The notes under the pieces were generated by a model. The model made no database searches, was not told the DNA's origin, and saw only the letters and a program-made list of their open reading frames with translations. A DNA stretch of 64,000 bases from Antedon mediterranea. Its lineage: Eukaryota > Animalia > Echinodermata. The stretch is from contig NC_092670.1 in the NCBI RefSeq assembly GCF_964355755.1, forward strand, positions 2,656,201 through 2,720,200, given 5' to 3'. Positions 24,601 to 36,600 of this stretch are shown here, piece after piece; within the stretch, counting starts at the first letter, position 1; each line of letters begins with the position of its first letter. Position numbers and translations under genes: made by a program.

Positions 24601-27600
24601 TCGGGTGTAGCTAGGCCTCCTTTGCAATAAGCCTGCCTACTTAGGCATTGCATTCACCTTACCTTGCGAAGAATAATATACAGATAATTACTAATTAATG
24701 TTCCTTGGCAATAATATATTCATTAGGCCTAGGTCGTTTAAATTAACAGAAGAATTTCCATCAATAAGCCTACGTACATTAATAATAATAATATTATTAT
24801 AAGGTAGGCAGAATAAATTATAATTTGTGTTATTCGAGGAGCCGAATCACCGGATGTTCAGCGCTCCGCGCGTACCAGGTTACTACCGTGAGTATTAACC
24901 AATCACAAACGGTCTTTCATAACATCCAGGGAGGACTAATAACAAATGAGGGCGTTTAAATAGTTTAGTTGATTAATTTCTTCAAGCAAGTTGCTTGGCG
25001 CAACGGAAAAAACGTTGTCTTTTGATGATGTGACTAATCATCGTGAGTTCAAGTCCCAATATGATGACTTTTGTTTATTTATCGCCAAACGTGAGTGTTG
25101 CCACAAGAAAATTACACAGTCAATATCATGGTACTCGAGAATTTGCTGGATTTTATATGTTTAAAGACAGAGACACAATATTTATGCGAAAATTACTCAG
25201 TCAATGCTCGAGGATATATACGATTTATGATCCTCGCAGCAACGTATTTACATAGGCTATGTAATATAAAAAAATATCTTTATTATCAATGAAATTTAAA
25301 TGTTGAATTGTTAATGTAGCTTTTTTGTTTCAGTAGTTTTAATTTTTAGATTTAAGAATGTTGCGTCTATACTACTACTAAATTTATTACAGATTTGTGA
25401 TAGAGATATTTGACCAATATACTAATCAAAAATTATTACTTATTATTTTTTTAGTGTTGGCCTTTCCTAACTTTGTTTGTCTTATATTAGAGGAGGAAGA
25501 CCTGTGCAGGTAGAGCTAACCTGTTTCACACAGAAATATGTGTTGGGAATATATGTGGAATAAACTAACTCCATGCTGGTATCACTTTCTGTCAGAATGG
25601 GTCATGCAGGCATTGGGTAGAATATTCAATATATACCAAATGAAAGTTGGTATATACCATACTTAATATTCCTTTCCTGGCTGATTGATAGCTATATGCT
25701 GGTAACAATGCCGGCATCAATTCCAGCATTTTGTCTCCACTTTATGTAATAAAATGTAACCACTTTACCCGCTGCATCACATGATAAATGGGTTGTCCTC
25801 CAAAATCTGAGATGTTCATCACAAACTTGTCGCTTGTCGTCTTGTCATCATTTCCTTCTTTCTGAAACTCAATTTCTATTAATTCTTCAATTTTTGAAGG
25901 AATCTTTGTCTGGTCATCACTTTCTTCTTTCTCAATCTTTGTCTTGTCATCATTTCCTTCTTTCTGAAACTCAATTTCTATTAATTCTTCAATTTTTGAA
26001 GGAATCTTTGTCTGGTCATCACTTTCTTCTTTTTCAATCTCTATCTTTGAGGGAATCTTTGTCTGAAGGTTTTCTTGCTCTATATTTAAAAATGTTAAAA
26101 AATTGTACTAAATTCATTAAAATAAATTCATTAATTGACAAATAAAGTATCCAATATTATGTTTCTGTATGTAATATATTATTTGAAGGTTTGCATGGCA
26201 AAATCAAATGTTGTTATAAAGTTTGCAGTACACCATGTATATTTAGTTATGAAAGAACGGTTGGGTTTCTCTACATTTCGATCAGTATACTTTGAGTGAC
26301 ATTCTCACTTCTGAGGACGATAAAAGTATATTGATCGAAACATTGAGAAACCCAACAGTTCTTTTCAGAACTATATATATGTGGTGTACTGCAAACTTTC
26401 TGTATGTAATTTTTATAGGCCTTTTATTATGATAATTTATTATAGGATTCTAATTATTTTATCAATGGTAATTAAAATTAATTAAGAAAAGTACATTGTC
26501 ATTGTGATAGTGACTTTTCAATTGCCATATATCTTGAAAGAAAACCTTGTCAATTAGTAAGAGGAGAATTTGGCACATGCCTCTTAAGATTTTCCTATTT
26601 CATTGAGTTTGTTTTGAGAATAATAACAAATATAGTCTCTGGTTAAAACATGGGCAGAGGTGCCTTGAAAATAGTAGGTCTAGTTATTTCGAGACACAGA
26701 GGCCATCAAACAAAGAATTGAAAGAGGCAAAGTATATTTGTTTTGAATTTTCAACCACCTCTTTAACCACCTCTTCCATCTTAAATCGAATATCAAAGCC
26801 CAGGTCACAAGTCAGCCCATGTAAAATTCAGTGCTTAGTTTTGGTAGAGCAGAACAGTGAAATATTAGGTGTGAAATGTAATAATAATACGCCCTGCACT
26901 TGAAATTCCTATTAACATTTTTTATTACCCTCATCCATTTTGCTTTCTTCTATTTTAGTTGATTGTGCTGGATTTTCTTTTGACTGTTCTTCTATTTTGT
27001 TTTCTTCCACATATTTCGTGGGAGCATTTTCATTGCCAGAAGCCTGTTTTGCTGATGCTGTTGCACCTTCTTCTTGTATCATACTATTCTTGTTATCAGA
27101 AGCATTTTCTGTTGATGCTGCTGTTGTATTTTGTTTTCCTTTCACTTGTTTCACCATTTCTCTGGCAACTGCTTTCTCATACATTTCAGAAACTTTAGCA
27201 TAAAAGAAGTGTAATTTACTTTTGTATATTATTGTCATGCTTGTATATATACACAGTATTATTTTAAGAATGTTACTATCTTTTTTAAATAGGATAAGAA
27301 TGGAACAAGTCTGGGACAAGGTCTTTGCACTCAAACACAGGATTGGCTAGCATGAATAGCTAAAGCAAAAACAAAAACAACCAATCCTGTGCCTCTCTTT
27401 CTTTGGTGCTAATTTGGTTACTAATTTTGTATTTTGCATTTTTTTTTTATTCTCATGTTACTTACAAGTTTCTGGTGATTGTTCTTTCAAAATTGTTTCA
27501 TTATTACCTTGAGTGTACACTGTTCTTGTTTCTGCTATACCATCAGTTACTTCATGTTTTGGATTAAAACTACAGAAAAATTAATAAACTAAATAATGGC

Positions 27601-30600
27601 CATACAGTATTTTTTGTTTTATTGTTTTATTATCATTGTCTGCCTATATTTTAACGATTAAATGTAGTGCCCCAATGCAACCAATTGGTTGCAATGGCAT
27701 TTATGTTGTTATATTGTGTATAAGGTATGTTTTTCCGTCATTAGTAAATTCCCTTAAATCCGTTTTAATAAAAATGGCTAAACTGAGAGGAAATTATGTT
27801 TAAATGCATATTGAATCTAAAATTTACACAGATATATACCCCGGGATTGAAGATAGAGTTTCAATTCAAAACAATCTCATTATACTTTTCATCTCATTTT
27901 CTGTAGATTGTTTTAAACAACATTCAAATCAAATAAAAAATAACATTTATTTCCAAAATAGTGGCATCACCAATAAAGCAAATGCTTGTGTCAGGGCTGC
28001 CAATACAAAACAGACAAAAACAAACAAAATATATAAATATATAAATCACATTTAAATAAATAAATGTCAAGGTTTTCTTACCGTTTCCTTAGTAAAGAGT
28101 TAATAGTAGAAGTTTTTCCTACTCCCTCAAGACCTACAAAAATAACTCTGCCCTGTTTAACTTCAGTTTTTCCTTCTTTCAGAGCTTCATTAAATGCATT
28201 AACTGCTTCTGGTCCTCGAGCCCATATCTCCACAGGTAAGTCTATATACAAATTAATTAGTATAAAAATGAATATTTTATTTCGTTGAAGGGAGAGAATA
28301 ATTTCATATAATGACCGATTGACAGATTCATTAAATTCAAAGAAAATTAGGACAGTCAGGCTTTTCTCCTCATTTAATGAATGAATACTTAATAATTAAT
28401 TATTTGTTTTATTTTATTGTTATAAAGTAAATTGTTACAGTATATGAACTTTAATTTTGTGATAATCATCAACATCAACTTCATCTACTGTAGGCCAATA
28501 TAAAAGGATACTACAGCTCACTATGTCGGTCGGTTTGTCGGTCGGTTGTCGGTCGGTCGGCAAACAATAACTTGAGCATGTGACTGCAGTCATCTATATG
28601 GCCTTGTTATATTTAACAACACATTTAGGATTGGACATTTAGTGTTTTTACAATGAAAATAATATTCTCCATTGAACAAATTAAAACAACAAACAAACTA
28701 TATAACTCAGATTATGGCTGCACTGAATAAATTATACATGTCATGCTCTGTATGTTTGTTTTTGGTGGTGCAAAATATGGCAAAAATATATATGTGTATA
28801 AATGCATTGTGTTCACTTTATTGAATTACTCTTTCCTTTTTGGTAATGAATGTAAATTAAGTGGGTCAAGAATAAAAAGTCAAAATCTAGTTCATTTTAG
28901 CTGTCAAATTGGAGTTAATTGTCCAAGCACAACACTCCTAGATCCACCACAGAGAATATTGAAATTTTTTATTGTATAACTTCGACCAAATGTTGTTTTA
29001 TTTGTTTAGTCTATGTGCATATGTTGGTCAAAATAAATGTTGAATTGAAATGAAATACATCCCTTGCTCATGCAACTGCTCCTCGGAACTGTGCTTGTCA
29101 ATATAATAATATTGTTATTACATTACATTGCCTGCTAGATTTAAATTTAGTATGTCAAGAATCAACAATCTGAAAATAATAAATATCACATAAATATAAT
29201 CACAATAACTTACTATCAATATTGCTTTGCCCTGGTAATTGTAATCCTCTTTTTGCATATTTTCCTTGTAATCCTCTTTTTGCATATTTTCCTTTCCTGT
29301 TAAACGATATGTTTCTCAATGAACACTGATTGGCAGCATGGTGGATGTCGTCATCTGATAGATTGCAATCCACCATGTTAAGCGTCATCAGCTTAGGAGA
29401 CATAATGAGTAATGAACTCAGTGAATTAACATCAAGGTTGTGAAGGTTACTATCAGAGATATCGAGATGATATAATTCTAATTGAACTTGTTTGAGAGAA
29501 CATTCTGAGACAAAGTCATGAAATACATCACGTGATAGATTCTGAATCCAAACACCGTCACATCTATCTTGAATGCCTAAAATGTGTGCAATAACTCTTC
29601 CCTTTCGCTCCAATGCCATCTTACTACAAAAGTCACTGATACCAAAACCATCATATTGCATACAATACAATTGCATAATTAGACGTATGAAATGCCCATC
29701 ACATTGTACACCTGGACTAATGTAATCAATAAACATTCTTATGGAGGTTAATATATCATCCAAATGATTATTTATTTCTAAATCTTTACTTGTCATGTAA
29801 TTAATTAATTCATTTATCACAGCATCTTTATGTTGTTTTTTAACAAAGTTTAAATCACTTGGCAGATAGCGATATGTTGACAAACGATTTGTAACCCAGT
29901 GCTTGAGGAAACCGCCAGCTTTATCACCAAGGAAACCAATTGCAAATTCTCTTGCTCTGTATAAATGCTCACTCTCTTGTATCACCTCCCACTCATCATC
30001 ATCCAATGGTGTAAGTAATGTTCGTACATCTGAACATTCATTCTCCATACCTTCACTTTCACATAATTTGCACAAGTAAAATCCCACCAATGACTCTACT
30101 ATCAACTTGTGAGGAGGCATAAAAATGTTATCAAATTTAGATTTTGAATTTGACACTTCTTCGTAAACAAACCCAAGTTTTAAGGCCATATCAACCATAG
30201 CTTTGTTCGAATGTTTAGTCAAATCCGTTTTGTTTATTGAAAGTTGGTTTACTTTTAAGCTATCATACATACATTTCCCTAATAAAATCATAGCATTTAC
30301 ATACTTCACTGGTATTTTTTCAAATTCAGAAATCTTTGTTATGTTTTCTCGTTTCTGATTGATTCTCGACTGATTCAAAATACTACGAAAGAATTCTTTG
30401 AAGAGGTCAGTTTTATCTTCGGGGAGACTTTGATTATCTTCCCACAATATACAAAGTGTAAGAAGTATCATCGGGTTTTTGCACATCGCATACGCTTCAG
30501 GATGTTTTAGCTCTCGCTCTCTTAAGCGACGCATTCCAATACGCTGCACCATCAACGTAGGCCTAACTGTTTCAAGATGCGCGTCAGTATCTAATTCCTT

Positions 30601-33600
30601 TCTAAGGGATTCTCCCAATTGTGGTTTTTCAAAATACTCAAAGTGTTTGTCGATATACTTTCCTATACTCTCATTGTTGAATCCCTTAACTCTTACATGT
30701 ACATTACATTCTTTCATGAATTCATTAATATTTTCTGATCTTGAAGTAAGAATTACAGTACTGTTTTTTAAGTAGATCTTTCTAAATAGTCCGAGTACGC
30801 TTGGATTATTAAATCTCAATTCTTCTAGTCCATCTAGTAATAACACCACTTTATCGTCATATTTGTTGATGAATTTTGAAATCAACCATGGATCTTCTTG
30901 GAGATCTGTCTCTAAATAGAAATCTACCATATCAATTTGCTTTACAATTAAATCAATGATGTCGTCATCTCTATGTAAATCCCGTACACTTAAAAGAAAT
31001 ACAATTTTACCTTCAAATGATTTAATTGATTGAGTAGCCGTAGCCCAGTTGTATGATAAATGCCTTAATATGGTAGTTTTACCTATCCCACCCTCTCCAT
31101 CTATAAGAGCTCTACATCCAGGTGTGGAGCTGATCACATCTACCACTTCTGTTAATGTTGTTGGTTTGCTTCCTTTATTCTTTTTAGCTTCTTTACGTAG
31201 TTCCATATCGGTAAACATCTGTGAAATGTCAACACTGTATCTACCACGCATTGTTGCTGGTGTAAATATACTGGCCTGACTGCACAGTTCCCTTTGTCTT
31301 TGAAGCAGATATTCTTCTATCTTTTCTAAATATAAAGATTTTTAGCTTGATTAAACTATATAAAGTTTTATTAATATATTATTACATTTATTTATTATGT
31401 GGTATTTCATAAAATTGTTGAATGTTTTGCATTCCTCTAATTATTTTTATGTTTTATTTTTGTATTAATTAAAATTACTACTTTATTGTTATAATGGTTT
31501 TTGTCACGCAATCATAATTAAGCTTCATATAGTGAGTGTGACCCAATATAATTTATGATTATGGTAATAATTTTCAGAATATGAAACTTTAATTTGAAAA
31601 ATATGCTCAACAGAGGGCAGCAAACAGAAAAATATAATTATCACAAAGGATTTTTATGACAATAGAAATTAAGTTGCACTTAGTTTTAAAGTAAAAAAAT
31701 AAAATAAACCTAAAACGTATGAGTGTGAAATTATTCTTATTAAAAACTTAAATATATAACATTAAGACATATTTTTATTTATCTTAGTTATAACACTCTC
31801 TTTATCCATATCAATGACGGTTTGGTGCACTGTATAGGCATACGAACCTAATTAGCCTATTGAAAGAATATTGAAAGAGCGGATATGTTTAGGCCTACTG
31901 TACTTGTAAAATTATCATTAAATCCAAAATCGGTTTATAAATTCTAGCATCTTATATAGTTAGTTTACTTCTTCAGTTTGTTTGATTTTTATTACTATCA
32001 TAATGATGCCATTTGTATTCAAACATATACTTCAGAGGTAAAAATTTAAACTTTAAGGTTTACTATAGACAATTATCATGGGCCCACTGATTTATTATTA
32101 TTATACAGTACGTGATATACAGTATGAATTAAAAGTGTTCAACGTGTTTGATATTATAAGTGATACACTGTACAGTCATACCTGTTTGACCCCAAGGGTA
32201 ATGAAATACATCCAATACTGATAAAATAGTTCAGAAACCTTATAATTGTGTACAAAGCAATTATTGTAGCAGCTTGATTGGCCGGCTTTGAAATTCAATG
32301 ATTATATTGTATAATTATTGTTGCAGTTGATTTATTTTTGACAATCAGTGAATTCAATAACTGAATTATAAAATGGATCTGATTTGCATTATTATAGTAA
32401 ACATTACAAGTAAACTCACCTGTTTCTGATTTAACCTCTTTGTTCATTGGTATCACTGGCTTTGAGTCTGTTTAATAAGCAAATGACAAGAACTGAATTT
32501 TTACAAGAAAACCAATGGATAATGGCATAAATTAAGTATGACAGTTAAGAAATATAATTCAGTAATGTGTGCAATATGAATGGTAGTTTGTGTGAATAGT
32601 ACATAATGAATAGTAAATCCTATTCATCTCCAAAAATTTATTTTAAAACTTGCTTGAAAAAGTAAATTTATTTTCTCTTACCTGCCATGTTGTCAACTTT
32701 TTCTGTTTTCGTTTCTAAAAAAACAAGAAATGTTGTATCAAATGATAAATCAATCAATAATACAGGATAAATCATGAATTTCAAAATATCTTTTTATAAC
32801 AAACAATCATATAAATAAATAAATCCGAAACTAAAGTGTTCCGGATGGCTCATTTAATTAATTGAAATATAAAATTAATTCAGAGAGGTTTGCAAAATGT
32901 CGACGTTGTATCTATGTCTCATTATTACTGATGTAAATTCACTGGCCTATCTGCATAATTCCTTTTGTCTTTGAAGCAGATATGCTTCTATCTTTTCTAA
33001 ATATAAAGAAAGATTTTTAGCTTCATTAAACTAATAGTATAAATATAAATTGAATTTAATTTCATTAATATATTATTACAAATTGTTATTCATTCTTTTT
33101 TTATTTATGTGGTATTGACTAAACTATATAAAGTTTTATTAATATATTATATTGTTTGAAGGTTTGCATGGCGAATTCAAATGTTGATATGAGTTTGCGG
33201 TATGCCACGTATGTTAGTTCTGAAAAGAAACCCAACAGTTTTTTCAGAACTAACATACGTGGTGTACCGGAAACTCATATCAACATATTAATATATTATT
33301 ACATTTATTTATGTGGTATTTCATAAAGTTGTTAAATGTTTTGTGTTCCTCTAATTATTTTTATGTTTTATTAATTTAAATTATCTAACTTTATTGTTAT
33401 AATGGTTTTGTCACGCAATCATAAATAAGCTTCATAGAGTGAGTGTGACCCAATATAATTTATAATATGTAATAATTTTCAGAATATGGAACTTTAAATA
33501 AAAAGATGCTCAACAGAGGGCAGCAAACAGAAAAATATCATTATCACAAGGATTTTTATGACAATAGAAGTTAAATAAAATCAACCTAAAACTTGTATGA

Positions 33601-36600
33601 GTGTGAAACATATCTCTATTTTCCATATCTATGATAGGCTTGGTGCACCGTAGGCATACAAACTGTAGTCCTATTGAAAGAGAGGATATGTTGACTATGT
33701 TGGAAATGATATGATTTAGACAAGGATCCCATTTACTATACTTGTAAAATTATCATTAAATCTAAAATCTGTTTATAAATTCAACCTGGACAGTTTTCTG
33801 ATGAATTAAGAGTACTTTAACATCTTATATAGTTTGTTACTTCTTTCAGTTTGTCTGATTATCTTTGTCTAGGGAAGGCAACAACTTATCTTAATGATTT
33901 GACATTTGTTTTATTCAAACATACTTCAGAAGTAAAAATAGAAACTTTAGGGTTTGTTATAGATAATTATCTTGGGCATACTGATTAATATTATTATAAG
34001 TGATATACAGTATAAATTAAAAGTGTTAAAAGTGAAATACTTATAAACAATTAGTTACAAAGACTGAAAAGCATAAAAAGATAAGCTCCTCCTTAATTTT
34101 GCTTTGATTGAGTCATTTTGTTTGTTAAGTTTTTTCGGTTTCAACTCTTTTTATCCACAACATGTCATTAATCAAGCAATCAAATTCAGATTTGTACTTT
34201 ATAGACAATATTTTAAAAAAAATTGACTGTATGAGTAAGACTTAATATATGATGAGTATTAAAATTAAATGCATTAAGTAGATAGTAGAGGCTAAACGCT
34301 ATTTAGTGTGTTTTTAATACATTACACTTTTCAGTAACTTAAGGGTTAATTGTATATGTTTTTCAGTCTATTATATTTCACTAGTTTTGTGTACTATTTG
34401 ATTGAATTTGATTCCAAAGATAAGAGAGCAATGTTTAAATACGAAACCTTGTATGTTTTAATTTTATAACGGCATACAATGTGTAACGCAAAATGTATTA
34501 TATATACTAGAGGGTGAGCTCGCTTCGCTCGCTCCCCCTCTAGGAAGTGTAGACGATGGTTCTCGGAATGATAATGTTCTCCTTATACGTTTTCTGTCGG
34601 TTACCATTATTGAAAATGCTTGACATTCGTAAAACTAAACTACTTTGTTTCACAGTGTTTTAGATGATTAATAACATTTTAAAGTACAGTTTTTATTGTT
34701 TGGTAGGGCCCTTTGGGGAGGCGGAGGTCATTTGAGGGAGGTGCTTTAATTCGAGGGATATATGTTAAATTTTGTAGTTTTAATAATATGGTAACATTTA
34801 TAATAAAATGAAATCCTCTAATAGATATGAAAAGTGCTAAAAAAGAATAACAAATGCTTGGTAAATTGTAGCAGTGCAGTGAATTCTACTACAAATAGTA
34901 TAATTGTGTTGTTATAAATATGTGGATTGGTGGGGGGGGGGGGGGGTTTATTATTCAAAGTGATGTTTTATTGGAGAGGCGTTTATTCAAATGAATACCA
35001 TCCTAATAATTATTAATACATTATTTAATTTAATCATCTTTTAAAACTAACTGCCGTGACAGAGTGGGCCCAAGAAAGAAGACATTACGGCTTGCAACAT
35101 GGGCAGACATCTCGGTCCTAACGGGACACAGGAAGATAGCCTACAGTTATTCCTGCAAGCTTACTCAATAAAACTCAACTATCGGGATTTCACTCGAAAA
35201 ATGTCTTATCATCAAATCTCCCTATGTAATTTTATAATACTATTCCCCACAATATATTCTGATTCTTTATGGCGTATATTTAATTTGATCTTTATTAATT
35301 TGCAGTATAATTCCTATTATTTAACTACTGTACCTTCACACACGCGCGGTATGTTTTAAAATAAACAAAAAACTGAAATGGCTATGATTATATCTGATTT
35401 TTTTTTCGTCTTCCAAAGGGACACTGTATTGATTGATGGAAAGTGCCTGTTTCCAGTCACCTTTAGGGTCAAATCTATTATTTTAACTGCTCCCTTGTGT
35501 ATAAAAGAGAGAAAATATTTGAAACCAGGTTGTTGCAAGGTGAACTTATCTTAAACCCGGAAATTACTATGACCAGGAAGAATTGAAATTGAGATGAAAA
35601 TCTAATGTTGAAATCATAAATTGTGTTAAAAAACTCTTTATAATATCTTCCTAATATAGAAATATGGAACAATAGCGTCGCTGTGAACACTAATGTTATC
35701 AAATCTACGTTTCGCGGTACATCTCAGATAGATAAGGTAGGTATCCAAGGCGGAGATTTGTTCCGAAGTTTTTGCATTGTGCTCGCCTATGTCAGAATTA
35801 ACCATAATTTATATATAGATAACCAAAAACACACTTTTCCAAACCTTATAATATATACAACCGATTTATTCAAATTGTATTTAAATTTATGTGTAGGATC
35901 ATCAAATAATGACACTTTGTTGGAAATGAAGAGTTTTTTAAGAAGAATGTGCACGAGTGGAGAAATAATACTGTATGAATGAAAGGAAGTAAAGAGAGAA
36001 GCGTTACAGGGGATGATTTTGTGAAATGAAAGTTAATGAGAAAAGAAGCAGAGGCCGGGAATAACATAAACTACAGTAATAACAGAATGGACAGCAATGA
36101 GTTATGAGGAATGCGCATTCCTCTTGATAGGCCTATAATATTGATTAACTCAAATTAATGTTGGAACCAGATGATATGTGTGTTATTTATTTTACAAATA
36201 AAGTGCAACTATTTGCCTTCCTTTGTTTGTTTTAGTAGTTTAAAAAAACTTAAAAATAAATTTAGGAACTTAAAAAGCTCATATTGATTGCTCTATTGAT
36301 GGTTGTGCGGCTAACATTTTAACTTAACTTGAACTTTATTATTGCAATTCATTATATAAATAAATTGAAGTTGAACATAAAATATCGCATATAAAAAATA
36401 CAAAACAAAGCACACAACACCTAATCAAAGATAAACAAGATACATAAAGAACAAATTAAATACACATGCCGGTATTTTACCAGTTCATGAAAACATAATG
36501 GTTTGTAATATATGATTTTGATCTGTTAGTTTTACATAATGGTTAATAAAATTTGCTACTGTATGTATTTTGCAAATTCAAAATCATTCATGATATCACG

